From a virus (lineage: Duplodnaviria > Caudoviricetes): a stretch of 60,205 nt of DNA. Both the position numbers and the translations under genes were made by a program. The DNA lies in the IMG/VR virus record IMGVR_UViG_3300033183_000125, positions 1 to 60,205 of that record. One strand, 5' to 3'. Shown piece after piece: positions 47,108 to 55,896 of the stretch; positions within the stretch are counted from its first letter, which is position 1, and each line of letters starts with the position of its first letter. Below the pieces are notes generated by a model. That model did not search any database and had not been told where the DNA came from. It worked only from the letters and a program-made list of their open reading frames with translations.

Positions 47108-47561
47108 CTTCAAGTTATCTGAACGCAGTCTCAACAAGCTGGAGGGCGTAGACGAGCGCCTGAAGCTGGTTGTACTTACAGCAATCAAGCACACCGACGT
47201 AGACTTCGGAGTAATCTGCGGACTACGAACAGAAGAAGAGCAGGCCGAACTTGTTAAAAAGGGTGCGTCACAGACCATGAAGTCTAAGCACCTAGAGGGC
47301 AAGGCCGTAGACCTCATGGCATACATCGGCTCTCGTGGCTCATGGGAACTCAACCTCTACGACAACATCGCTGACGCAATGAAGAAGGCGGCAAAGAAGG
47401 TCAAGGTTCCAGTCCGCTGGGGTGGTGCGTGGCATATCGCAAACATCGCTGAGTTTGACGGGACGATGGAATGGGCGGCTTCGAGTTATATTGATGTTCG
47501 TAGGGCAGAAGGCAAGCGTCCGTTTATCGACGCTCCACACTTTGAGATATGGGGTGACTAA
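47100..47561 (+). CDS. Endolysin, M15-family peptidase
   Basis: FKLSERS..KLEGV, GLRT.EEQ, SKHLEGKAVD, RWGG.W, DAPHFE. Confidence 0.92.
   Translation: MSDFKLSERSLNKLEGVDERLKLVVLTAIKHTDVDFGVICGLRTEEEQAELVKKGASQTMKSKHLEGKAVDLMAYIGSRGSWELNLYDNIADAMKKAAKKVKVPVRWGGAWHIANIAEFDGTMEWAASSYIDVRRAEGKRPFIDAPHFEIWGD
47460..47492 (+). promoter_or_regulatory. Putative late promoter inside the endolysin 3' end
   Basis: GGGACGA-N20-TATATT upstream of three small basic ORFs. Confidence 0.5.
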
Positions 47562-47737
47562 TGCACGTCATAAAAGGAACACGGTCAGTAGGTAATGTTA
47601 GCAAGGCTGAAAGGCCGACACATTATGCGAAGGGTGGGCAGTATGGGAACATGCTGGCAAAGCCATGCCCTTGCATACTGAACAAAAGTAAGCTGTCCAT
47701 CCGTAAGTCTCCAGCCGCAATCAAGCGAGGTGCGTAA
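47561..47737 (+). CDS. 58-aa basic protein (not in the ORF track)
   Basis: MHVIKGTRSV...AAIKRGA. TAATG-coupled at both ends. Confidence 0.55.
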   Translation: MHVIKGTRSVGNVSKAERPTHYAKGGQYGNMLAKPCPCILNKSKLSIRKSPAAIKRGA

Positions 47738-47892
47738 TGACAAGGGGTCTTTGGGATAACATTCGTGCAAGACGTGCTTCGGGTAAAAAGATGCGGAAGA
47801 AAGGCGACAAAGGTGCGCCGACAGATGCGGCTTTTCGCAAGGCGTCAGCGTCATCTAAAAATAAAGCTACTAAAAAGACTAGGAGGACATGA
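47737..47892 (+). CDS. 51-aa Lys/Arg-rich phage protein (not in the ORF track)
   Basis: MTRGLWDNIRARRASGKKMRKKGDKGAPTDAAFRKA, resembling a small basic family I recall from aquatic phages. Confidence 0.7.
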   Translation: MTRGLWDNIRARRASGKKMRKKGDKGAPTDAAFRKASASSKNKATKKTRRT

Positions 47893-48053
47893 TGCCAACT
47901 AAATGCACACCACCTACTATGGTCGAGAAAGCCTTTGCCGCGTTGAGTGGCACTAAGGCAAAGAGCAAGTGTGTCAAAGAGCCTGTGAAAAAGGAGATGT
48001 CTAACTCCATAGCATCTTCAATTAACTGGGCGAATAAAAACAAAAAGGGATGA
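47889..48053 (+). CDS. 54-aa basic protein (not in the ORF track)
   Basis: AGGAGG RBS. MMPTKCTPP...NKNKKG. Confidence 0.55.
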   Translation: MMPTKCTPPTMVEKAFAALSGTKAKSKCVKEPVKKEMSNSIASSINWANKNKKG

Positions 48054-48154
48054 CGATAATTTGTAGTCCCGAACGGTGGGATTTGTGTCCTTTTAGTTAA
48101 GGATTCACCACAATCACCCCGTTCGGGTTTTATGTGCTAGGGTAGGAAAATGGT

Positions 48155-48601
48155 ATGGAGCCAATCACAGCCGCTGTTGCGGCCTTCAGTGCATTAAAGG
48201 CAGGCGTCTCAGCAGGCAAAGAGATCACCTCTTTGGCCAAAGAGATCGGTATACTCTGGAACTCCATCGACGAAATCACCCACCAGCACAATAAGAAAAA
48301 GTCCAGCGTCTTTCGTACTGTAGAGGAGGAAGCTCTCGACACCTTCATGGCCAAGAAGAAAGCTGAAGACTTAGAGAACCAGCTACGGGAAATAATCATC
48401 TATTCTCGTGGGATGGGTGCTTGGCAAGAGCTAATAAAACTACGAGCAGACATAAGGAAAAAGCGGCAAGAGGATGCTCTCGCCGCCAAGAAAAAACGTC
48501 AGGAAATAATAGAGATAATAGCTATTGCGGCGACCTTGATAGTCGGTTCAGTAGCACTATTTATATTCGTAACGGCTTTAATCGCCGCAAAAAACTCATA
48601 A
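48155..48601 (+). CDS. Coiled-coil protein with a C-terminal TM anchor
   Basis: MEPITAAVAAFSALKAGV..., C-terminal hydrophobic helix. Confidence 0.75.
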   Translation: MEPITAAVAAFSALKAGVSAGKEITSLAKEIGILWNSIDEITHQHNKKKSSVFRTVEEEALDTFMAKKKAEDLENQLREIIIYSRGMGAWQELIKLRADIRKKRQEDALAAKKKRQEIIEIIAIAATLIVGSVALFIFVTALIAAKNS

Positions 48602-48636
48602 GTTACGGCTTTAATCGCCGCAAGAAACTCATAAGT
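48572..48636. repeat. 33-bp-period tandem duplication
   Basis: ACGGCTTTAATCGCCGCAA(A/G)AAACTCATAAGT at 48572 and 48605, one mismatch. Confidence 0.9.
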
Positions 48637-49183
48637 ATAAGTTGTTACCCAACCACCAAGTATCTATAGCTCTAGTTAGTTCCACCGCATCCCAATTTCT
48701 GTTATCAAGAACAAGATCGGCTTGAATATCTGTAAGAGTTATAGTGTTCTCAGACGAGTGACCCCCGTCTTTCCCGTCGTTGCGAAGCAATACGATCACC
48801 TGGCCGCTCAACTCCTGCACCGCTTTTAATTCGTTCGGAAACCTCAAGTCGTCTACCACTACGTTGTTGTTCAAATTGAGGCTCTCTTCGACGATCCTTT
48901 TCCACCTGTTCAGCCATAAGTTTTCGCTGATCAGGGAGCGTCCCCATTCCGTTCCAAGACTTTGCATCGCCCATCTCGGTGTCTCTCCATCAAGAATATC
49001 ACAAGGCTCATCCTTCAACTCGCCCTCAATATGACGGTCATCAAGCCCCAAGCTACGCATCATGTCTTTGATTGGCTTGGCAAATTTAACTTTCATAAAG
49101 CCATACTTGGCGCATAAAAGGTCGGCGGCCAGCGTCTTCCCAGACCCAAGCCTACCAGCAAATCCTATAAGTTTAGGTCTCAT
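48629..49183 (-). CDS. Deoxynucleoside monophosphate kinase
   Basis: IGFAGRLGSGKT, FAKPIK, TPRWAMQSLGTEWGR, VVDDLRFPNE, HSSE. Confidence 0.92.
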   Translation of the reverse strand: MRPKLIGFAGRLGSGKTLAADLLCAKYGFMKVKFAKPIKDMMRSLGLDDRHIEGELKDEPCDILDGETPRWAMQSLGTEWGRSLISENLWLNRWKRIVEESLNLNNNVVVDDLRFPNELKAVQELSGQVIVLLRNDGKDGGHSSENTITLTDIQADLVLDNRNWDAVELTRAIDTWWLGNNLYL

Positions 49184-49379
49184 TGGTCATCCCTAACCTC
49201 ACCTGTAGTAGTTCCGTTTGTAAGTGACGTAGCTTGTCTATAGCTTTTCGTCGCTCGACTATCAGAGGTACGTCGTCTCCAGCTTCTGCCCCGAAATAAT
49301 GAAGCTCAAATTCGATGTCCTTTATCCTGTCCCTGACCATAGTGATGCTATGCTCAAGGTTAATTTTCTTCTTGCTCAT
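49173..49379 (-). CDS. Small coiled-coil hypothetical protein
   Basis: Overlaps both neighbours in the operon. Confidence 0.6.
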   Translation of the reverse strand: MSKKKINLEHSITMVRDRIKDIEFELHYFGAEAGDDVPLIVERRKAIDKLRHLQTELLQVRLGMTNET

Positions 49380-49581
49380 TGATGCGCCTCGCCTGCCTTA
49401 TCAGTTCATCAAGTGATCTGTTGAGTTCTTCCTCTCTTTTCTTCCGTGCCTGACCCTGTTGCATAAACAGTACATCACTCGCCTCGGCACAGAGTTTCTT
49501 AAATCTCTGCGTAATCCACATATCGCCACAGTTAACTATCTCTGGCGGTATTGGGCCTTCCCATCCACTACGCTTTGGCAT
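49360..49581 (-). CDS. Hypothetical protein
   Basis: Coupled ORF with a GAGG RBS. Confidence 0.55.
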   Translation of the reverse strand: MPKRSGWEGPIPPEIVNCGDMWITQRFKKLCAEASDVLFMQQGQARKKREEELNRSLDELIRQARRINEQEEN

Positions 49582-50356
49582 GTGGTTCGTACCTCACCCA
49601 ATCCAAACACTTATCCGTACACCCCTTACTGCACGTCCACTCTGCGCTAGTAGTCGAAGCATGGCAGTTGCCACACGTCCGCATGGTTCTCTCTGGTTCA
49701 GCGCCGTGCCAACATGCGTCTCGCTTAAAGCAACCACGACATCGCCAGTCGGCTTCATCAGTAGAAATTTTCTGGCCAAGTCCATTGATAATGTCCTCAA
49801 CCTTTTGCTTCAGTGCGTTGTAAAAAAATATATCGAAGTCCACCCACTCGTGGTGGTAGTCGGATGTATTCTTATTGTAGCTAACTAAGACTGCTCTATC
49901 CATGCCAGCCAGCCCCATCAGGTATTGCATCTGGGCGAAATACATAGGGTGGCTATACTTTACGCCCTTCTTTGAGAACTCCTTGAACTTGTTATCGTTC
50001 ATAGACTTGATCTCAACTATCGCCATGCCATCATCTGTTTCGACGATACCATCCGCGTGACCCACACTGTTCCCGTGGTAGTCGGTGTACTGCCACTGCT
50101 TACCAGTCATGGGGTCTTTATCCATGACATGGACACCAGCCTTTGCCATATCACCCAAGACAACGTATTCAATACGATGACCATCTCTAAAGATGCGCTT
50201 TAACTTGGGGTCTGGGGGTGTATCGGGGTAGCCCCTATGACTGAAAGACAGCATGGCTGTGCAGTCATGGCCAACAGAACTAGCACCGATATATGATCTG
50301 GCTTTCTCGCGTTTATCTTGAGCGAAGAAGTCATCAATGAGTTTGGATATGTCCAT
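49568..50356 (-). CDS. Cas4-like PD-(D/E)XK exonuclease
   Basis: YIGASSVGHDC, GH.IE, GHADG, VEIKS, QMQ.LMG, CRGCFKRDAC (four-Cys Fe-S staple). Confidence 0.88.
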   Translation of the reverse strand: MDISKLIDDFFAQDKREKARSYIGASSVGHDCTAMLSFSHRGYPDTPPDPKLKRIFRDGHRIEYVVLGDMAKAGVHVMDKDPMTGKQWQYTDYHGNSVGHADGIVETDDGMAIVEIKSMNDNKFKEFSKKGVKYSHPMYFAQMQYLMGLAGMDRAVLVSYNKNTSDYHHEWVDFDIFFYNALKQKVEDIINGLGQKISTDEADWRCRGCFKRDACWHGAEPERTMRTCGNCHASTTSAEWTCSKGCTDKCLDWVRYEPHAKA

Positions 50357-50371
50357 GTAATCCTCTTAAAG

Positions 50372-50395
50372 AAGAGGGGGCTTTCGCCCCCTCTT
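50372..50395 (-). terminator. Strong hairpin / terminator after ssb
   Basis: Minus strand AAGAGGGGGC-GAAA-GCCCCCTCTT followed by CTTT. Confidence 0.7.
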
Positions 50396-50408
50396 TCCCC
50401 ACCAACAA

Positions 50409-50924
50409 CTAAAAGGGAACTTCGTCGTCGAGGCCGCTCTTCACGGCTCCGTTCATCTGGTTAGCAACCGCCGCGCCTAATGGGTTCTTGATTGCTTCTG
50501 CATTGAACTCAGGGTTGATACGCTTTGGGTCTTTGTAAGAGGTAACTTTGTTGGTGGTCTTGCCGTTATAGGTATCTTCTTTGACAAAGATGCCTACCAT
50601 CAGACCCTTGAGAACAGACAAGTTTCCATCAGGAAATGGGTTGTCTGGGTCAGGATGGCCACCCCAATGACACAAAGACTTCAGTTGCGACAGCCCAATC
50701 TCAGCGTTTTTCGGATGGTTGGGATTGTGAACGATGATCCAGTCAGTGATAGTGCGAACACCATCAACCTCCTTCATAGACACAACTACTTGCTGTGCGC
50801 CAGTTCTCTTGGTCTCGCCTTTTACATCGGTGACTTCGACAACGTGGTTGCCAACGGGCAGGATGCTACCCCCATTAGACACCTCAATGTTCTTGAGGTT
50901 TAGATTGTTAAATGTGAAACTCAT
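50409..50924 (-). CDS. ssDNA-binding protein (DUF669-like)
   Basis: ILPVG.H.V.V N-terminus and acidic C-tail LDDEVPF. Next to a Sak4-like gene. Confidence 0.8.
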   Translation of the reverse strand: MSFTFNNLNLKNIEVSNGGSILPVGNHVVEVTDVKGETKRTGAQQVVVSMKEVDGVRTITDWIIVHNPNHPKNAEIGLSQLKSLCHWGGHPDPDNPFPDGNLSVLKGLMVGIFVKEDTYNGKTTNKVTSYKDPKRINPEFNAEAIKNPLGAAVANQMNGAVKSGLDDEVPF

Positions 50925-51718
50925 GCTTCGCTCCTTTTTTCAAATTCCTCGTCATTCATATCCATCTTCTTAAACAGATTGACGATGTTTCCAGTTTGCT
51001 CGACTGCTCTCAGTCTTCGCTTTTCATCCCTGACCTTGCCTTTCCAGCCGTTGTATTCTTCTGTGACGACGTACCGCAGAACCTTACCTTCGCCTGCTGA
51101 GTGGGCGTCAGATGTGTGACGAACCCCACAGAACACGTTGTCGAAAATACCTGGAAGCTGTTGCTGTGCTTGCTTGCCAGCCACCATTGGCCAGTATTCA
51201 ACATTACCGTTGTCATCCTGTCCCTCTTTAGCTAGAGCAGTTACAAGGAAGTGGCATGGCATATCACGCATAGCCTTACACGCACCGATCAGGTTCTTTG
51301 CGTGATCGGAAAAAATCTGGAAGCCATTAACTTGCTTGCCAGCTTTCTGTGCGTCCGCTTCTGCGACCTTAGTCGCATGAGCCATACTCATGTCACTGAG
51401 TTCAGTCAGGCTGTCGATGCCTATCCACTTGTATTCACGACCTTTGAAGTCATCGGTACGCATCCATTTGAATATATCGACAAAGCTGTACTGATTTTTG
51501 TCAGGCTCGGACGGGTTGCCCCATGATGTGAACGGCAAGTAGTCAATACCAGCTTCACGAATTGAGCTAAGTCCACTCTCGCCTGACAAGATAAAACCAC
51601 TACCAAAATGTTTTTGATAGTGAATAAACTGGGTTGTCTTGCCCCAGCCGTGATGGCCATACAGCAACGTCTTTCGATACGATGTCGTATGGTCAGAAGT
51701 GTTTAGTGGTTGGAACAT
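50921..51718 (-). CDS. sak4: Sak4-like recombination ATPase (AAA_24)
   Basis: LLYGHHGWGKT, LSGESGL, IDSLTEL, LPGIFD.V, K.RD. Confidence 0.85.
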   Translation of the reverse strand: MFQPLNTSDHTTSYRKTLLYGHHGWGKTTQFIHYQKHFGSGFILSGESGLSSIREAGIDYLPFTSWGNPSEPDKNQYSFVDIFKWMRTDDFKGREYKWIGIDSLTELSDMSMAHATKVAEADAQKAGKQVNGFQIFSDHAKNLIGACKAMRDMPCHFLVTALAKEGQDDNGNVEYWPMVAGKQAQQQLPGIFDNVFCGVRHTSDAHSAGEGKVLRYVVTEEYNGWKGKVRDEKRRLRAVEQTGNIVNLFKKMDMNDEEFEKRSEA

Positions 51719-52128
51719 TACCCAAGACCCCCTGACTTTACTGTGATTTTTACTGTGCCACCCTTACGAGTAAGCGCTGGCAAAAGCTCTCGCTGTTGCT
51801 CGTCGTCGAGTGACTTGAATTTACGCTTGTCGATTGAGTAGGTGCGGCGCACGAACTCAGGTAGGCTGGTTGACGATGCGAAGATGGTCTCAAGGATTTC
51901 CTTGTCCCAAGTCCATCTCTCTTGTCGATTGAGCGTGACCATGTAAGAGCCAGCTTGCTTATCAAATTCGCCAGCATCTGCTGGGAACTCTGCCTCAATC
52001 TTCATCTTTAGGGTTTCTGCTTTTTCAGATAGGCGTTCTATCTCGGCGGCTAACTGACCATATTCTTCGGCCAGTTTAGCTAGACCTTCAGCCTCGGTCT
52101 GCCGCTCATAATCTTCCCATGTTTCCAT
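51718..52128 (-). CDS. Gp157/Gam-like coiled-coil recombination-module protein
   Basis: N-terminal coiled coil, WDKE.L, YSIDKRKF. First gene of the Sak4 module. Confidence 0.55.
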   Translation of the reverse strand: METWEDYERQTEAEGLAKLAEEYGQLAAEIERLSEKAETLKMKIEAEFPADAGEFDKQAGSYMVTLNRQERWTWDKEILETIFASSTSLPEFVRRTYSIDKRKFKSLDDEQQRELLPALTRKGGTVKITVKSGGLG

Positions 52129-52224
52129 ACAAAATTCTCCGTATCAGTGTTGGTAGTTGTGGCTAGGAGGGAAGGGAGGAAACCGAAATAAACCCCCTAG
52201 CCACCTCGTTACAATACCAAATAC

Positions 52225-52315
52225 ACATCTAAACACAACTGTCTTATATGTGAGAAAATGTATGAAAACTAAGACAACGGTTGTGCCTAGATGTATTATG
52301 GTTGTATCCAGATGT
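52225..52315. promoter_or_regulatory. Divergent switch region with three GTTGT-N4-AGATGT boxes
   Basis: Copies at 52280 and 52301 (direct, 21 bp apart) and 52225-52239 (inverted). Confidence 0.6.
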
Positions 52316-52334
52316 ATATGAAAAGGAGATAGGT

Positions 52335-52556
52335 ATGTACACGTTCAATGTCCGTCGGTTAGTCGAGGACTGCGGGGGTGTTACCGAAGTAGCAAAAGCT
52401 ACGGGAAAGAGTAGGACGCAACCCTATAGATGGGTCAAGACCAACAGTATCACCACCGATCTACTAGCCAGAATAGTTTATGCAAACCCAACCATCAACT
52501 TACACAGATACTTAGAAGAGAACTCACATGAACGAAGAGATGAAGAAGTGGCGTGA
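52335..52556 (+). CDS. Cro-like HTH regulator
   Basis: LVEDCGGVTEVAKATGKSRTQPYRW. AAGGAG RBS. First gene of the replication operon. Confidence 0.8.
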   Translation: MYTFNVRRLVEDCGGVTEVAKATGKSRTQPYRWVKTNSITTDLLARIVYANPTINLHRYLEENSHERRDEEVA

Positions 52557-54534
52557 AGCGCTACACAATGCGGCAGTAGAAGCCGTTGAGAGAGGGTGGA
52601 CAATCATCCCCCTTTCTCTTCAAAGTAAGAAGCCACTGATTGGCTGGAAGAAATACCAGACACAATCAACCACTATAGAAGAGGTGGATGATTGGTTCGA
52701 CAACGGTGTTCGTACAGACAACGGGAACGTGGTTGCCAATTTTAATATCGCTCTAGTAACAGGTGCGATAAGTGGGGTCATTGTTCTTGACTGTGACAAC
52801 CAGCAGTCTGTTGAGTATGCAGAGAAGCATAGCCTGACATCACCATTTGTAGTTCACACCGCTCGTGGAAAACACTTTTACTTTGCCCACCCACAGCATG
52901 GACAACGGTTCGCCAACAACGTCGGCGGCGTCACACGCAACTGGCCAGATGTAGAGGGCTTAGACCTTCGTGGTGATGGTGGGTATGTTGTCATGCCACC
53001 TTCAATCAAGATGAAGGACAACTCTGTCCAGCACATATATCACATGGAAGTTGGATATGGCCTAAGTCTTGACGACATGGAAGACTTTGTGTGGAAGGGC
53101 GCACCTGACACAGTTCAAGCACCACAAGTTGGAGAGTTTGCTTTCGGCAATCTCAGTTTGGCCAACGTAAAAATCACACAGGTAGAAGACACACTGCCAG
53201 TATACGACCAAGTGAAGCGTCGTGTAGCGCACTTGGGCCACAAGCTACGCGAAGGTGATGGCACTGATATATGGATGGTTCGTTATATAGGGCAAAAGGT
53301 ACGTCAAGGTATCATTGATGGAGCGCTTTACACTGCTGTCCGTAAGTTCCATGACGAGTTCTTCGACGACACTGGTTACACAGCAGAGCAGACAGAGACT
53401 TGGCTGACACAGAAGATACGCAGTGTAATTGATATGGATCGTCGTTCGTATCCTGGTGACTACGATGCTGATGGCAACCGCATAGTCACTGCGAAGGAAG
53501 CGCCGAAGCTAGGTCGTCTTGTCCCTATCCGTGGCAGTGACATCGACAGGTTGATTGAAACACTTGGCGAAACCAGCTACTGGTCAGACCCAGTGATCCC
53601 GTCAGAAACAATCACACAGGTTGTTGGGTACAACGGACACGGCAAGTCTTTCTTCTTACAGGGCATGTTAGTGAGCATGGCTTCTGGCAATGAGAGCTTC
53701 GGGCCTTTTGGTTCAAAGCCTGCGAAGGTATTGTATTTAGACTACGACAACCCAAGCCGCACTGTCCTGTATAGATTTCGCAATTTCCTTAACATGTTCG
53801 GGGATTGTGGTGAAAACTTTAACATGTGGTCGCCATCACTTATCTCAGCCGACGACGGTGGCGAGATGAATTTAGGCACAGAGCAGGGGTTCAGACTACT
53901 TGGTGACTGGTTGGATGTGATTAAGCCAGACATCGTAGTCATCGACACAGTTCGTAACGCCTTTGGTGGGCTGGAAGAAGCTAATGCCGCAGAGTGGTTC
54001 AAGGTAAACCACGTCGCCAAATCTGTACGGACTAAGTACAAGGCGAGCGTAGTCCTGGTTCACCACCGTAACAAGCCAGGTGAGGGCGGTCTTGGGCGTG
54101 AAGCTGGCTCGACTGCCCAGCTTACCGACATTGATACACAAGTCATGGTGACACAGGTGTTCCGTGATAAGAACGTATCGAAAACAAAGGCTGGGTTGCA
54201 CGACGCTGATGTAACTGTCCGCTCTTTTGATGGCACGGAATACACAGCGACGACTTACCTTGAGGCACAGTTAGAAGCAGACAGCCGCCTCAAGATGGTT
54301 CAACAAATTTCCTTTGGGAAAGTTCGTACTCAGACAGAGTTGCACCGCACTTACTACATAGGTTGGGCGGAACGGCTGGCGGACGGAAGCGAATATGTAG
54401 TGCATACCCCGTCGCCGAAGCAACAGGCTGTGTGGTTACACATTCACAAGTCGATGGGGGTTGAGGATGTAAGTCGTTCATTGTCTATCCCACGATATGA
54501 GGTAGAGCAATGGTTGAGGTCAAGTACAGTATAG
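52528..54534 (+). CDS. Bifunctional primase-polymerase fused to a RecA-like (AAA_25/RepA) helicase
   Basis: RGWTIIPL..K.P...W, NIALVTG...IVLDCD, TARGKHFYF, DLRGDGGYVVMPPS. Walker A GYNGHGKS, IVVIDT, LVHH.NK. Confidence 0.92.
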   Translation: MNEEMKKWREALHNAAVEAVERGWTIIPLSLQSKKPLIGWKKYQTQSTTIEEVDDWFDNGVRTDNGNVVANFNIALVTGAISGVIVLDCDNQQSVEYAEKHSLTSPFVVHTARGKHFYFAHPQHGQRFANNVGGVTRNWPDVEGLDLRGDGGYVVMPPSIKMKDNSVQHIYHMEVGYGLSLDDMEDFVWKGAPDTVQAPQVGEFAFGNLSLANVKITQVEDTLPVYDQVKRRVAHLGHKLREGDGTDIWMVRYIGQKVRQGIIDGALYTAVRKFHDEFFDDTGYTAEQTETWLTQKIRSVIDMDRRSYPGDYDADGNRIVTAKEAPKLGRLVPIRGSDIDRLIETLGETSYWSDPVIPSETITQVVGYNGHGKSFFLQGMLVSMASGNESFGPFGSKPAKVLYLDYDNPSRTVLYRFRNFLNMFGDCGENFNMWSPSLISADDGGEMNLGTEQGFRLLGDWLDVIKPDIVVIDTVRNAFGGLEEANAAEWFKVNHVAKSVRTKYKASVVLVHHRNKPGEGGLGREAGSTAQLTDIDTQVMVTQVFRDKNVSKTKAGLHDADVTVRSFDGTEYTATTYLEAQLEADSRLKMVQQISFGKVRTQTELHRTYYIGWAERLADGSEYVVHTPSPKQQAVWLHIHKSMGVEDVSRSLSIPRYEVEQWLRSSTV

Positions 54535-54705
54535 TACAGAACAGTTCAGTTAAGAGACAAGCCCGTCTAGGGCTTGGCTCTATGTCTGTCATTGACCTCT
54601 GTCGAGGATTATACTGATTGGGGGGAAATAGGGTCAAGAGAGAAAATGTATGGAAACATCGCGCACCCCTGACGGGTGCGCTCCTACAGAACAGCAGAGG
54701 TGAGT

Positions 54706-55143
54706 ATGCACAAGAAGCCGATCTCGAAAAGAGATAGGCAAGCACTCTCTGAAATGCTGGATGATGGATACACATATAAGCAGATGGCCGCATACATGGA
54801 AGTCTGCACCGATACACTGAAACGAATACTCGTCCGAGAGGGGCTTGCTGAATTTGATGGAGCGAAATACGCAATCGCCCCGTCTCACAAATCACAACAG
54901 ACTACTTGGGAACGCAAGTGCCTCAAGTGCAAGAAGCCTGTCACTATGCCCAAGTGGCAATACATCTGTGACAGATGCACAGCAATCAATGAAAATCTGG
55001 GGTTGTCCGACGACTACATCTTCTCAGACGTAGCTGACACAACTCCTATGTCAGAACGCAAAGAGAGCTACGAGTTTTCTGCCTCGTCGTCACCAAAAGG
55101 CGGCAGGACAAAGTTCGTATTCGGGAAAGGTGTAAAGAGATGA
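54706..55143 (+). CDS. HTH + zinc-finger protein (candidate transcription factor)
   Basis: GYTYKQMAAYMEVCTDTLKRIL followed by CLKC...CDRC. Start at 54706 after GAGG. Confidence 0.7.
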   Translation: MHKKPISKRDRQALSEMLDDGYTYKQMAAYMEVCTDTLKRILVREGLAEFDGAKYAIAPSHKSQQTTWERKCLKCKKPVTMPKWQYICDRCTAINENLGLSDDYIFSDVADTTPMSERKESYEFSASSSPKGGRTKFVFGKGVKR

Positions 55144-55649
55144 CTAGATCAAAGAGAAAGGGCGACGGCTACGAACGCGAGCTTGCCAAGTGGCTGAACC
55201 ACTGGCTGTTCAGCGACGAGCCAAAAGTTCAGAGAACGCCGCTGTCAGGTGGAGGAAGCAACCCATTCGGCGGTGGACTACCAGACTTGAACGGCACACC
55301 CTTTGTATGGGTAGAGGCGAAGCGCACAGAGAAGTTCAGCCCCTACGCCGCAATGGAACAGGCAGAGCGTGGCATAGAGAAGTCTCGTTCCCCCGACATA
55401 CCAGTTGTTATATCCCGCAAGAACCGAATGGACACTAGCGAAAGCCTAGTGGTCATGCGTCTTGGCGATTGGCTCCCACTATACAAGACATTCCTGTGGG
55501 AACTAGGCGTTGAAACAGAAGAGCCTACGGAAATCCACGTCGAGTTTACATCTGACATGGACGACGATGAGGGGAAGGTTGTGTCACTATCAGAGCGTAG
55601 GAAAAAACTAAAGCTAGTGGTGAATAACAATGGCGAAGAAGAGGTGTAG
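55140..55649 (+). CDS. Holliday junction resolvase (PD-(D/E)XK, Hjc-like)
   Basis: SKRKG..YERELA..L, RTPLSG, PDL, WVEAKR.E. Confidence 0.85.
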   Translation: MTRSKRKGDGYERELAKWLNHWLFSDEPKVQRTPLSGGGSNPFGGGLPDLNGTPFVWVEAKRTEKFSPYAAMEQAERGIEKSRSPDIPVVISRKNRMDTSESLVVMRLGDWLPLYKTFLWELGVETEEPTEIHVEFTSDMDDDEGKVVSLSERRKKLKLVVNNNGEEEV

Positions 55650-55896
55650 TGTTTCTCTCTCTGTTGGCCGAGGCGAAAAGCTCCCAGCAAGTAAGGGTGC
55701 TGGTCTCACGGCAAAGGGTCGTGCAAAATACAACCGAGCCTGCAAGACGAAGCTCAAGGCTCCGCAACCTGGTGGCGGTAAACGACGTAGCTCTTACTGC
55801 TCACGCTCGAAAGGACAGATGAAGATGCACGGCATCAACTGTTCAAAGACACCAGAGAAGCGCATCTGCGCGGCTCGTCGTCGGTGGAAATGCTGA
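55630..55896 (+). CDS. Small basic Cys-containing phage protein (DUF6321-like)
   Basis: GAGLTAKGRAKYN...LKAP...RR.SYC.RS.G...ARRRWKC. Confidence 0.7.
   Translation: MAKKRCSVSLSVGRGEKLPASKGAGLTAKGRAKYNRACKTKLKAPQPGGGKRRSSYCSRSKGQMKMHGINCSKTPEKRICAARRRWKC

Noticed and set aside
49568-50356. Cas4-like gene as part of a CRISPR system
   Set aside because: No array or other cas genes were seen. It lies in a standard Sak4/SSB recombination module.
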